Assembly: GCA_026387335.1 (NCBI GenBank) | Contig: JAPLLX010000006.1 | Location: forward strand, 125,702 to 189,701 | From: Candidatus Omnitrophota bacterium | GTDB taxonomy: Bacteria; Omnitrophota; Gorgyraeia; Gygaellales; Profunditerraquicolaceae | Reading direction: 5' to 3' | DNA: 64,000 bases | Shown: positions 24,525-34,361 of the stretch, piece after piece | How positions within the stretch are numbered: position 1 is the first letter of the stretch | Layout of the letters: each line of letters begins with the position of its first letter | Notes under the pieces: generated by a model | Databases searched by the model: none | The model's input: the letters and a program-made list of their open reading frames with translations, nothing else | Told to the model about the DNA's origin: nothing | Translations under genes and position numbers: made by a program

Positions 24525-25276
24525 AATCTAACCGGGATTCCCTTCTCCCTTAAATATTCCTTTACCTGTTTTATGGAATACGTCCCGTAATGGAATAGCG
24601 ACGCGGCCAGAGCGGCATCCGCTCCAGTCTGAGCAAAGCATTCATAAAAATCTTCCAGCTTTCCCGCTCCCCCCGAAGCAATAACCGGAACAGTTACTGC
24701 CGAACTTATTGTTTTAGTCAGAGCTAGATCATACCCGTCCTTGGTCCCATCATAATCCATGCTAGTCAGAAGAATTTCGCCAGCTCCAAATTCGGCTCCC
24801 TGTTTTGCCCACTCTAGGGCATCCAAACCCGTCGGAGTCCTGCCTCCGTTAACATAGACTTCCCAACCTTCTTTAACTTTCTTAGCATCAATAGCCAGGA
24901 CAATACACTGGCTACCGAATTTCTTGGATGCATCCTTAATCAACTCCGGAAACCTCACCGCCTGAGTATTTATAGATACCTTTTCTGCCCCGGCGTTTAA
25001 AAGATTTCTTATATCGGCTAAGTCGCCGACTCCACCGCCGACAGTAAAAGGCATAAAAATATTCTTGGCTATGTTTTCTACCAACTCTACGAGGGTCTTG
25101 CGTTTTTCCACGCTGGCAGTAATATCCAGAAAAACCAGTTCATCCGCCTCTTGAGCATCGTAGAGCTTGGCTACACTTACAGGGTCGCCGGCGTCTTTTA
25201 GGCCCAGAAACTTTACGCCTTTTACCACCCTGCCGTCTTTAATATCCAGGCACGGTATAATTCGTTTAGCAAGCAT
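24521..25276 (-). CDS. hisF: Imidazole glycerol phosphate synthase subunit HisF
   Basis: [26 protein letters not shown]. Confidence 0.98.
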   Translation of the reverse strand: MLAKRIIPCLDIKDGRVVKGVKFLGLKDAGDPVSVAKLYDAQEADELVFLDITASVEKRKTLVELVENIAKNIFMPFTVGGGVGDLADIRNLLNAGAEKVSINTQAVRFPELIKDASKKFGSQCIVLAIDAKKVKEGWEVYVNGGRTPTGLDALEWAKQGAEFGAGEILLTSMDYDGTKDGYDLALTKTISSAVTVPVIASGGAGKLEDFYECFAQTGADAALAASLFHYGTYSIKQVKEYLREKGIPVRL

Positions 25277-25281
25277 AACTG

Positions 25282-25734
25282 TTATTTTGTTTTTTGATTC
25301 AGGTACTCGCCTAACAAAGCCCAGGTTTTCTTATTGGCCTTGCCGTTAATTGTTAAATTATTCGCTTTCTGGAACGCTTTTAGCGCCTCACGGGTCTGTT
25401 TACCCATATGGCCGTCAATGTTTCCCGGGTCATAACCGGCATTTTTCAAAGCTGTCTGAACATCTTTTACCTTAGGATGTTTAACGCTGGCTGACTTTTC
25501 TTTAACCTGCGCCGCTTCTGCTTCAACCTTAGCTTGTTGCTCATTAGCCTTATTTAAAGCCTCCTGTAATCCACTGATCTCCTGATCCTTGCTTTGAACC
25601 TGCGCTTCTAAAACCGAGACTTTATTCTTTAAACCCTGCATCTCCAAATCTTTCTGTTTGCCTGCGGTAGCGCATCCAGCCAGCGATATAGTAAATACAG
25701 TTATAAACACAACAACAAATACTTTCTTAAACAT
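25282..25734 (-). CDS. Lipoprotein with coiled coil and C-terminal peptidoglycan-binding (PG_binding_1-like) domain
   Basis: Start 25734 after AAGGAGG; lipobox LAGC; [31 protein letters not shown]. Confidence 0.85.
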   Translation of the reverse strand: MFKKVFVVVFITVFTISLAGCATAGKQKDLEMQGLKNKVSVLEAQVQSKDQEISGLQEALNKANEQQAKVEAEAAQVKEKSASVKHPKVKDVQTALKNAGYDPGNIDGHMGKQTREALKAFQKANNLTINGKANKKTWALLGEYLNQKTK

Positions 25735-25738
25735 GTTT

Positions 25739-25786
25739 CCTCCTTGCCCACAAGGGCACACCGGCCGATCCGATAAGGCCGGGTGT
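25739..25786 (-). promoter_or_regulatory. Two-hairpin element abutting a Shine-Dalgarno (copy 2)
   Basis: Minus strand ACACCCGGCC-TTATCGGATC-GGCCGGTGT-GCCC-TTGT-GGGC-AAGGAGG; same architecture as 1475-1529. Confidence 0.6.
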
Positions 25787-25792
25787 AACTCC

Positions 25793-26512
25793 CTAAGATA
25801 ATTTTAAGGCCTGAGGTAAAGTAAACTTTCCCTCATACAAAGCCTTACCCACAATAACCGCGCTGACTCCATCTTTCTCTAAACCTTTTAACCTATGTAA
25901 ATCCTCCAAGCTTGAGACTCCTCCTGAGGCGATAATTTTTAAACCGGTTAATTTTAAAAGTTTCTTAAGCTCTTTTATGTTCGGCCCGGTGAGAGTGCCG
26001 TCTTTTAGTGTATCGGTATAAATCAATTCCCTAAATCCCAGCTTCTTTAAATAAAGGCTAAAATTTGCTGCTTCGGTATTTTTATATCCGGTTTTCCAGC
26101 CCCGCACCATAATCTGGCCGTTGGCGGCATCAACTCCCACAATAACCTTATTTTTAAATTTTTTAAAAGCCTTGATTAAGAATTCTTTATCTTCAACGGC
26201 TTGCGTCCCCAAAACTACCCGGGCTACTCCCGCCTTTAAAACATCCTCAATTGCCTCTATATCCCTAATTCCCCCTCCGAATTCCACCGGAACTTTAATC
26301 TGTTTGGCTATCTCCTTAACCACCCCTAAATTCTTAGGCTTACCGCTAAAAGCTCCGTCAAGATCCACTATATGCAAAAATTTCGCTCCCTGAGCCACCC
26401 AATGCTTGGCGACTTTAAGCGGGTCTTTGGAATAAACCTTTTTATTGGATCTACCTTGCACAAATCTTACCACGCAACCGTCTTTTAAATCTATCGCCGG
26501 AATAATCAACAT
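25793..26512 (-). CDS. hisA: ProFAR isomerase HisA
   Basis: IIPAIDLKDG, HIVDLDGA, GGGIR, DGTLTGPN. Confidence 0.97.
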   Translation of the reverse strand: MLIIPAIDLKDGCVVRFVQGRSNKKVYSKDPLKVAKHWVAQGAKFLHIVDLDGAFSGKPKNLGVVKEIAKQIKVPVEFGGGIRDIEAIEDVLKAGVARVVLGTQAVEDKEFLIKAFKKFKNKVIVGVDAANGQIMVRGWKTGYKNTEAANFSLYLKKLGFRELIYTDTLKDGTLTGPNIKELKKLLKLTGLKIIASGGVSSLEDLHRLKGLEKDGVSAVIVGKALYEGKFTLPQALKLS

Positions 26513-27114
26513 AGGTTAACAAAGTTCTCCAACATCTTTAAACCGATCCTTTGGCTTTTTTCAGGGTGAAATTGCGCGCCGTATACATTGCCCTTGCAGA
26601 CAACACAAGAAAAATCAATCCCGTAGCCGCAAACCGCCGCATTTACATCTTTTTCATCCGGCTCAGGATAATAAGAATGGCAGAAATAGGCGTAGGCAGC
26701 ATCCGGAATATCTTTTAACAATAAACATCCGCTTTTGGTTATCTTTAGCTGGTTCCAGCCCATATGGGGAACCTTTAAATTTTTAACGGAAAACTTCTTT
26801 ACCGCGCCTTTGATTAACCCCAAGCCCTTGCGTTTAGGCGCCTCTTCACTTTTTTCAAATAAAAGCTGCATACCTAAACAGATCCCTAAGAATGGTTTTT
26901 TATTTTTTACCTCATTTTTAATTATAGCAGACAAACCCTGTTTATCCAGTTCCTCCATTGCGTCGCCAAATGCGCCTACTCCGGGCAAGACTATTTTCCG
27001 ACAGGCGGCAATTTCCTTAGGGTTATTACTGACCTTAGTTTTAGCGCCGTAAAGTTCCAGCGCCTTTTTTACGCTATGAATATTACCCATACCGTAATCA
27101 ATTATCGCGATCAT
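26506..27114 (-). CDS. hisH: IGP synthase glutaminase subunit HisH
   Basis: DYGMGN, LPGVGAF, GICLGMQ, QFHPEKS. Confidence 0.98.
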   Translation of the reverse strand: MIAIIDYGMGNIHSVKKALELYGAKTKVSNNPKEIAACRKIVLPGVGAFGDAMEELDKQGLSAIIKNEVKNKKPFLGICLGMQLLFEKSEEAPKRKGLGLIKGAVKKFSVKNLKVPHMGWNQLKITKSGCLLLKDIPDAAYAYFCHSYYPEPDEKDVNAAVCGYGIDFSCVVCKGNVYGAQFHPEKSQRIGLKMLENFVNLC

Positions 27115-27728
27115 TAATCAATTACCCCTTTAGTAGAAGGAATTCCCTTTCTGCGGGGATCGATCTGCGTAGCTATATCCAAAGCAATACCTAAAGCCTT
27201 AAAGATTGCTTCTAAAATTGTATGCAAATCAGGATTGAATGGCCCAACTTTTACATTAAGGGTTGCTCCTAAATGTTTTGCAAAAGATTCGAAAAAATGC
27301 TCCGCATCTTTAATTGAGTAACCATCAACTGTTACTAAAGCACTCCGAGTCGTACTAGGGTCAGTTTCGGCTTTCAAACTTAAATACCCCCTGCCGCTTA
27401 TATCAACGGTTACACTAGCTTCCACTTCTTCCATTGGTGCAGAAGCTGAGCCAATACGATTGATTCCTTTTTTATCACCTAAGGCTTTCTTAAACGCCTG
27501 CCCTAAAACTATACCCACATCTTCATTAGTATGGTGAATATCTATATTAAAATCACCCCTCTTAACAATTATTTCTAAATCGAAGTGACCCCAATAAGCA
27601 AATAAATCCAGCATATGATCAAGAAGACCGATACCTGTATTAATTTTCCTTTCTTCAGTACCATCGATGTTTAATTTATACGAAATCTCAGTTTCGTTTG
27701 TCTTTCGTGTATCTTCAGATATCCTCAT
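27114..27728 (-). CDS. hisB: Imidazoleglycerol-phosphate dehydratase (divergent)
   Basis: RKTNET, TGIGLLDHML, DIHHTNED, IPSTKG; second HHxxE motif altered. Confidence 0.88.
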   Translation of the reverse strand: MRISEDTRKTNETEISYKLNIDGTEERKINTGIGLLDHMLDLFAYWGHFDLEIIVKRGDFNIDIHHTNEDVGIVLGQAFKKALGDKKGINRIGSASAPMEEVEASVTVDISGRGYLSLKAETDPSTTRSALVTVDGYSIKDAEHFFESFAKHLGATLNVKVGPFNPDLHTILEAIFKALGIALDIATQIDPRRKGIPSTKGVID

Positions 27729-27743
27729 TTCAATTTTTCTCCT

Positions 27744-28970
27744 TTATTCAAACCTCGCCTTTACTGAATCAATGTGCTTGCCTAAGCCTTCGATTCCGGC
27801 AATTTTTTCCAAAGGTTCGCGCATTTTTTCCAGGGCCTTCTTGGAATAACTGATGATGTGATTGCTTTTCATAAAATCACAGACGGATAACCCGGAAAAA
27901 AATCTGGCAGTCCCGCCTGTCGGTAAAACATGACTTGGCCCGGCAACATAATCGCCGACAGCAGTCGGGCTATACGGGCCTAAAAATATTGCTCCGGCGT
28001 TCTTTATTCCTTTAAGCAGCCGCTTAGGATTCTGCACTAAAATTTCAAGGTGCTCAGGCGCGATCCTATTACTAACCTCAACTGCCTGCTCTAGATTTTT
28101 AGTCAAGATAATATAACCATCCTGGCCGTCAGACTGGGACTTCACCTGTTGGGCCAAGGCTTTAGAATTGGTAATTAACACCGCTAAACCTTTGGCGTGC
28201 TCTTTTTGAGCGGCTAAATCCGCGATGATAAATTTCGGATCGCTAAAGCGGTTAGCGATAACCACTAGTTCCGTAGGGCCGGCGATCATATCGATATCCA
28301 CCTGGCCAAAGACCTGCCTCTTGGCTTCGCTCACATAAATATTTCCCGGGCCGACAATTTTATCCACCGCCGGGATTGTCTTTGTGCCGTAAGCTAAGGC
28401 GGCGATTCCCTGAGCGCCACCTACCCGATAAACCTCATCCACCTTTAATAAATCCGCCATTACCAATATGTGCGGATTAATTTGACCGTTTTTATTCGGC
28501 GGGCTGATCAGAACGATTTTTTTAACTCCGGCAATTTTAGCCGGAAGGACAGTCATATAAACCGTGGAAACCAATGGCGCGGTTCCGGCTGGGATATAAA
28601 TTCCCACGCGCTCCAGAGGCGTATAGTTTTCTCCCAATACCACCCCATCACTATCCTTAATTCTCCAGGATTTTTTCAGGGTCTTGCGGTAAAAACGGTT
28701 CACGTTTTCAATTACCGTCTTAAGGCTGGCTACAAAATTCGGACTGATATTCTGATACGCTCCGCTGATTTCAATTTCCGATACCTTAAGCTGCCTGGGC
28801 ATTAATTTAACACCATCAAACTTCTTGGTATATTTCAACAAGGCGTCATCGCCAAATGAACGCACGTCATCAATTATCTTTTTTACCTTGTCTTCAACCC
28901 GGGGTTTTTTAAATGCGCCGCGATTGTAGATTTTTTCTAACTGTTTGCTCCCAAAACGGATTATCTTCAT
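27744..28970 (-). CDS. hisD: Histidinol dehydrogenase
   Basis: KIVGPGNIYV, DMIAGPTE, APEHLE, GDYVAGPSHVLPT. Confidence 0.97.
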   Translation of the reverse strand: MKIIRFGSKQLEKIYNRGAFKKPRVEDKVKKIIDDVRSFGDDALLKYTKKFDGVKLMPRQLKVSEIEISGAYQNISPNFVASLKTVIENVNRFYRKTLKKSWRIKDSDGVVLGENYTPLERVGIYIPAGTAPLVSTVYMTVLPAKIAGVKKIVLISPPNKNGQINPHILVMADLLKVDEVYRVGGAQGIAALAYGTKTIPAVDKIVGPGNIYVSEAKRQVFGQVDIDMIAGPTELVVIANRFSDPKFIIADLAAQKEHAKGLAVLITNSKALAQQVKSQSDGQDGYIILTKNLEQAVEVSNRIAPEHLEILVQNPKRLLKGIKNAGAIFLGPYSPTAVGDYVAGPSHVLPTGGTARFFSGLSVCDFMKSNHIISYSKKALEKMREPLEKIAGIEGLGKHIDSVKARFE

Positions 28971-31546
28971 GGGTTAATTACCTTTCTTAATTCCTCCATA
29001 GCCTTTCCTAAATTTTCAGGCTTTGACCCGCCTGCCTGCGCGAAATCCGGCCTTCCGCCTCCTGAACCGCCGATAAGCGGGGCAACCTGACGGATCAATA
29101 CTCCCGCATCCAAACCCTTAGATAATAAATCCTGCGTAACCGCGATAACCAAATACGCTTTTCTTTGCTCATTATCCTGCGAACCTAAAGCAATCACCCC
29201 CTGCTTTAACTCCTCCTTTAACTTATCCGCCAGAAGTCTTAAAGCATTCATATCTAAACCAATCTCAAGTGAAGAAACGACATTTACGCCATTTATCTTT
29301 ATACTCTTACTTATAAGCCTGGGTATTGCATCCTTCAAGCTGTTATTTACTTCGAAGTTGCGCTTCTTCTCTTGCTCCTTTAACTCTTTTAGTTTATCTC
29401 TCTTCCTAGATTCTTCAATACCTTTTTGTTCTTCGTCCTTAATAAACTGCTCGGCAAAACTACCGGTCACTCCTTCAATCCTTCTTATACCGCTGGCAAC
29501 CGAACCTTCGCTGATTATCTTTATAAGGCCAATTTTACTGATATTATCAAGATGTGTCCCCCCGCACAATTCTTTAGAAATATCTCCGATACTCACCACG
29601 CGCACACACTCGCCATATTTTTCCTCAAAAAATGCCAATGCCCCTTCTTTCTTGGCCTCTTTTAAAGGCATCTCCTTACAACTTACTGCCTGATGTTTAT
29701 AAACATACTCGTTAGCTACCTCTTCCACCCTGGCCATCTCTTCTTTGGACAAACCTTTGAAATGCGTAAAATCAAAACGGAATCTATCTTCGGCAACCAA
29801 TGAGCCCTGTTGCTGAACATGGGTTCCTAAGACTTTGCGTAAAGCTGCCTGCAATATATGCGTAGCCGTATGGTTCCTGGCGATAGACATTCTGCGTTCA
29901 AAATCAATTTCTACTTTTACCTCATCAGCAATTTTAAAAGTTCCTACCGTTACTTTGCCCCAATGAAAATGTACCTTATCATGAATATCAGTATCCTCAA
30001 CTCTAAAGATACTCTCACCTTTAATTATCTTACCAGTATCGCCAACCTGTCCACCTGATTCAGGATAAAAAACAGTTTTATCTAATATTATTTCGAATGT
30101 CTCTCCAACACTTGCCATTTCTACCAACTTATTATTCTTAATAATCTTTAAGATTTTTGCTGCGCATTTAAATTCTTTATAACCTAAGAATTTTGTTTCT
30201 TTTACTTTCAAGTTTAAGTCTTTAACGCTAAAAACATCCCCTTTCATCGCGCTACCCAACTTTGAACGCGCCCTCTGCTCTTCCATGGCCTGTTCAAATG
30301 CCTTTTTCGAAAAACTTACCCTATGTTTATCTAACCATTGACGAGTCAACTCAAAAGGAATTCCATAAGTATCATGTAACAAAAAGGCCATATTCCCTAC
30401 AGTTTCAGCATTTGGCTTATCTATAAATTCGGTAAACTTACTTTTGAATAATTCCTCGCTAGAACCAAGCCCATTAATAAAGTTTTTTTCTTCAGCTAAG
30501 ACTATCTGAGCGATCTCCTCCCGTTGATTAATTAATTCCGGATAAGGCTTACGCATTATTTCAGCCACTATTGGCACCAAACGATCAAGAAAATGATCTT
30601 TAATCCCCAGGCTCATTAAATGGAGACTAGCCTTACGTATTATTTTTCTTACTACATACCCTCTTCCTTCATTCGAAGGCAAGACTCCGTCATAAATACA
30701 AAAAACCACTGCCCGGATATGATCAGCTATGGCATAAACTATTTTTAATTTAGGACTACGCGGCACAGCATTACAAATTTCTTTTACTATCGGCTGGAAT
30801 AATTCCGTCTCAAAATTATTCTGTTTACCCTGCATGACCGCAGCTAACCTCTCTAAACCCATACCCGTATCAATATTTTTATTGGGAAGAGGTTCTAAAG
30901 AACCGTCTTCTTTACGGTTAAACTGGGTAAAAACCAGGTTCCAAATCTCCACAAACCTGCCGCAGCTGCAGGAAGGATCACAAATCTTTTCACCGCAACC
31001 CACATCAGCGCCAAAATCATAAAATATTTCAGAGCAAGGGCCGCAAGGCCCGTTTGGGCCTTTTGTTTTGGCTTCAGCCGGCCAGAAATTATCTTTATCG
31101 CCAAGTTTAATAATTTTCTTAACCGGTATGCCTATTTTATCTTTCCAAATCTTATAGGCCTCAGCATCATCTTGATAGACCGAAACCCAAAGCTTATCTT
31201 CCTTAATTTTTAACTCTTTAGTCAGGAATTCCCAGGCCCAGGCAATCGCTTCATCTTTAAAATAATCGCCAAAGGAAAAATTCCCCAGCATTTCAAAAAA
31301 CGTATGGTGGCTGGAAGTTTTACCAACCTTATCCAAATCATCAGTGCGCAGGCAACGTTGGGAAGTAGCCGCGCGCTTAAAACCTGAATCAAACCCTAAA
31401 AATTCCTTTTTAAACTGGTTCATCCCCGCGGGAGTAAATAATACCGTGGGGTCATCCTTAGGCACAAGCGAATCGCTTTCCACGATTTTGTGTTTTTGGG
31501 ATTTAAAAAACTCGAGGAATTTTTCTCTTAAAGAATCTACCTGCAT
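28967..31546 (-). CDS. alaS: Alanine--tRNA ligase
   Basis: HHTFFEMLGNFSFGDYFK, DTGMGLER, NHTATH, ELCGGTH, GGGRPDFAQAGG. Confidence 0.99.
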   Translation of the reverse strand: MQVDSLREKFLEFFKSQKHKIVESDSLVPKDDPTVLFTPAGMNQFKKEFLGFDSGFKRAATSQRCLRTDDLDKVGKTSSHHTFFEMLGNFSFGDYFKDEAIAWAWEFLTKELKIKEDKLWVSVYQDDAEAYKIWKDKIGIPVKKIIKLGDKDNFWPAEAKTKGPNGPCGPCSEIFYDFGADVGCGEKICDPSCSCGRFVEIWNLVFTQFNRKEDGSLEPLPNKNIDTGMGLERLAAVMQGKQNNFETELFQPIVKEICNAVPRSPKLKIVYAIADHIRAVVFCIYDGVLPSNEGRGYVVRKIIRKASLHLMSLGIKDHFLDRLVPIVAEIMRKPYPELINQREEIAQIVLAEEKNFINGLGSSEELFKSKFTEFIDKPNAETVGNMAFLLHDTYGIPFELTRQWLDKHRVSFSKKAFEQAMEEQRARSKLGSAMKGDVFSVKDLNLKVKETKFLGYKEFKCAAKILKIIKNNKLVEMASVGETFEIILDKTVFYPESGGQVGDTGKIIKGESIFRVEDTDIHDKVHFHWGKVTVGTFKIADEVKVEIDFERRMSIARNHTATHILQAALRKVLGTHVQQQGSLVAEDRFRFDFTHFKGLSKEEMARVEEVANEYVYKHQAVSCKEMPLKEAKKEGALAFFEEKYGECVRVVSIGDISKELCGGTHLDNISKIGLIKIISEGSVASGIRRIEGVTGSFAEQFIKDEEQKGIEESRKRDKLKELKEQEKKRNFEVNNSLKDAIPRLISKSIKINGVNVVSSLEIGLDMNALRLLADKLKEELKQGVIALGSQDNEQRKAYLVIAVTQDLLSKGLDAGVLIRQVAPLIGGSGGGRPDFAQAGGSKPENLGKAMEELRKVINP

Positions 31547-32004
31547 AGTTGATTTAATGTATCGATGATAACTTCGGGCGAGAATCCGCGGCGCGCTAAA
31601 TATGCGTAAACCCGTCTCTTGGCGCTAATCTGATCAATTCCTTTTAATCTGCTTAATCTCCCTTTGGCTAAATCTAAAACTGTTTCAACTTCGGAATAAT
31701 CTTTAACCTTGGCTGTCTCTGCCTCAATTATTTCTTTATCTACCCCCTTTTGCCTTAACTCCTGCTTGATTCTTCTTAATCCTAAGGGCCTTTTCAAGCG
31801 CGAGTTAATCCAGGCCCTGGCAAAAATATTATCGTCAATAAATCTTTTCTCTTTCAGGAAAGAAACTACTTCTTTAATCGTCTCTTCGGGAATTTTCTTA
31901 AGCTTTAGACGTCCGACTAGCTCATTAACGCTACGCAGCCGGAATTTAAGCAAAAGAAACGCGTAATCCCGAGCCTTATCAAAAGATTCTGCCCGTTTAT
32001 TCAA
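31537..32004 (-). CDS. recX: Regulatory protein RecX
   Basis: [24 protein letters not shown]; directly after recA. Confidence 0.93.
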   Translation of the reverse strand: MNKRAESFDKARDYAFLLLKFRLRSVNELVGRLKLKKIPEETIKEVVSFLKEKRFIDDNIFARAWINSRLKRPLGLRRIKQELRQKGVDKEIIEAETAKVKDYSEVETVLDLAKGRLSRLKGIDQISAKRRVYAYLARRGFSPEVIIDTLNQLCR

Positions 32005-33022
32005 CGCTCAGTTTTTTCCTGACTTCTTTTTCTATCGCGTCCTGCAGTTTAGGATTTTCCTTCAAGGCCTTAATCGCCGCGTCTCTACCTTGTCCGAGTT
32101 TTTCATTATTAAATGAGAGCCAGGTCCCGGACTTAGTGATTATTTCCATATTCACGCCAGCGTCGATTACCGCTGCGGTCTTAGCGATTCCTTCGTTGTG
32201 CAGGATATCAAACTCGGCCTCACGAAAAGGCGGAGCAATCTTATTCTTCACCACTCTTACTCTGACATGATTACCGATGACTTTATCCCCTTCTTTTAAG
32301 TAAGCGATTCTACGTACATCTAATCTTACCGATGAATAAAATTTTAGCGCCCGGCCTCCCGGAGTAGTTTCCGGTGAACCGAACATCACCCCGATCTTCT
32401 CCCGCAGCTGATTAATAAAGATTACCGTAGTTCGCGATTTACTAATGGCGCTGGTCAATTTACGCAAGGCCTGCGACATCAACCGCGCCTGAAGCCCCAT
32501 ATGCGAATCTCCCATCTCGCCTTCGATTTCAGCCCGCGGAGTAAGCGCGGCAACCGAATCAATAACTACCAGATCTACGGCATTTGAACGCACCAGTGTC
32601 TCGGCTATCTCTAAAGCCTGTTCTCCGGTATCCGGCTGCGAAATTAAAAGGTCATCCAGGTTTACACCGATCAACTTGGCGTAAGTAGAATCAAAAGCGT
32701 GCTCAGCGTCAATAAACGCGGCTACCCCGCCTTTTTTCTGGTTTTCCCTGATCGCGGTCAAAGTAAGTGTTGTTTTTCCGGATGCTTCCGGACCGAATAT
32801 CTCGACTACCCTGCCACGAGGCAAGCCGCCCACGCCTAAAGCCACATCTAAAGTAAGCGCGCCGGTAGAGATAGTCTCCACATTCGCCTTGGTGTGGCTG
32901 CCCAGCTTCATAATCGAACCTTTGCCAAACTGTTTCTCAATCTGAGCCAAAGCCAATTCTAACGCCTTAGAACGATCAGAAATATTCTGCGCTACCTCAT
33001 CTTTTTTCTCTTTGGTAACCAT
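31997..33022 (-). CDS. recA: Recombinase RecA
   Basis: [38 protein letters not shown]; start placed at ATG 33022 (GGAGG SD) because the upstream TTG lies in the -35 box. Confidence 0.99.
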   Translation of the reverse strand: MVTKEKKDEVAQNISDRSKALELALAQIEKQFGKGSIMKLGSHTKANVETISTGALTLDVALGVGGLPRGRVVEIFGPEASGKTTLTLTAIRENQKKGGVAAFIDAEHAFDSTYAKLIGVNLDDLLISQPDTGEQALEIAETLVRSNAVDLVVIDSVAALTPRAEIEGEMGDSHMGLQARLMSQALRKLTSAISKSRTTVIFINQLREKIGVMFGSPETTPGGRALKFYSSVRLDVRRIAYLKEGDKVIGNHVRVRVVKNKIAPPFREAEFDILHNEGIAKTAAVIDAGVNMEIITKSGTWLSFNNEKLGQGRDAAIKALKENPKLQDAIEKEVRKKLSVE

Positions 33023-33056
33023 AACTACCTCCAATTTAGTAAGTTTTAGATTCAAT

Positions 33057-33085
33057 ATTATATCCTGCCCCCGCCCCACTGTCAA
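33057..33085 (-). promoter_or_regulatory. Consensus sigma70 promoter of recA
   Basis: TTGACA-17 bp-TATAAT, perfect consensus. Confidence 0.85.
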
Positions 33086-33151
33086 ACAAATAATACCCTC
33101 CTTTCTACTATAATAGACGCAGGGGTATACGAAATCTAACGTAGGACAAAG

Positions 33152-33180
33152 TTGACAGCCGGCCTAAAATATGCTACATT
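33152..33180 (+). promoter_or_regulatory. Sigma70 promoter of the GGDEF gene
   Basis: TTGACA-17 bp-TACATT with a TGn extension. Confidence 0.6.
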
Positions 33181-33188
33181 TAATGACT

Positions 33189-34361
33189 ATGGAAGAAACT
33201 ACCAAACTAAAACAGGAACTTGAGCGCACTAAGACCGAGCTGGGCATACTTTATGAAATCTCCAATGCCATGCGCACCACCTTAAAACTGGATGAAATCC
33301 TTTATATCATCCTTACCGGCGTAACTGCGCATATAGGCTTAGGCTTTAACCGCGCCCTGCTCTTTTTAATTAACGAAAAGGAAGGCTTGATCGAAGGCAA
33401 AATGGGGATCGGGCCGGATTCCGGCGAAGAGGCCAACCGCATTTGGGGCCAGATAGAAGGCGAAAAAATGGACCTGGATGACCTGATTAGCGCTTATAAA
33501 TTCTCCAGTAACGACAATAACGGTTTTGAATCCGGATTTAATAAACAGGTACAGCAGATCAAGGTTTCACTGGCTGATAAAAATGAAAATCTGCTATCTC
33601 TAGTGGCCCTGGAAGGAATGCCCCTGCATCTTACAAAAGAAACAATCGCTAATTACCGGAACTCTTCGATCGTCCAATCATTAAAAAGCGAGGAATTGGT
33701 CCTAATCCCTTTAAAGGCCAAAGATAAGATAAACGGCATAATTGTCGCGGATAACTTTATTACCCGCGAACCAATCAGTAAAGATGACCTGCATATGCTG
33801 GCCATGCTCGCTAACCAGGCAGGCTTAGCCATTGAAAATTCCCAACTCTATGAGAAAACCGTAATGCTGGCGCATATGGATTCCCTGACGCAGCTTTGGA
33901 ACCACGGGTATTTTCAGTATCTCTTGCAGACAGAATTAGAAAAATCCCGGGCGGAAAAAGCTCCGCTTAGTCTGATCATGCTGGATATTGACCATTTTAA
34001 AATTTACAATGACACTCTGGGTCATCAAGCTGGAGATAAGATCTTAACCGAATTAGCTTTACTCCTTAAGGATCAATCACGTAAAATGGATTTTGTCTGC
34101 CGCTACGGCGGAGAAGAATTCGCGATGGTCCTGCCCCAGGCGGACAAAAAAGAAGCGTTCTTAATCGCCGAACGCTTGAGGATGGATATTGAAAAACACG
34201 CCTTTAGCCACGAAGATATATTTCCTACTAAGAAACTCACCGTCAGCCTCGGTCTTGCGTCTTTTCCCGAGGACGGGTTAGTCCCTGCCGAACTTGTTGC
34301 GGCTTCCGACAAGGCTTTATATCAGGCCAAGAATAAAGGAAGAAATAACACCTGCTGTTAA
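33189..34361 (+). CDS. GAF-domain diguanylate cyclase
   Basis: GAF region (LANQAGLAIENSQLY), DSLT, DIDHFK, RKMD I-site, RYGGEEF; start uncertain (33171/33183/33189). Confidence 0.92.
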   Translation: MEETTKLKQELERTKTELGILYEISNAMRTTLKLDEILYIILTGVTAHIGLGFNRALLFLINEKEGLIEGKMGIGPDSGEEANRIWGQIEGEKMDLDDLISAYKFSSNDNNGFESGFNKQVQQIKVSLADKNENLLSLVALEGMPLHLTKETIANYRNSSIVQSLKSEELVLIPLKAKDKINGIIVADNFITREPISKDDLHMLAMLANQAGLAIENSQLYEKTVMLAHMDSLTQLWNHGYFQYLLQTELEKSRAEKAPLSLIMLDIDHFKIYNDTLGHQAGDKILTELALLLKDQSRKMDFVCRYGGEEFAMVLPQADKKEAFLIAERLRMDIEKHAFSHEDIFPTKKLTVSLGLASFPEDGLVPAELVAASDKALYQAKNKGRNNTCC

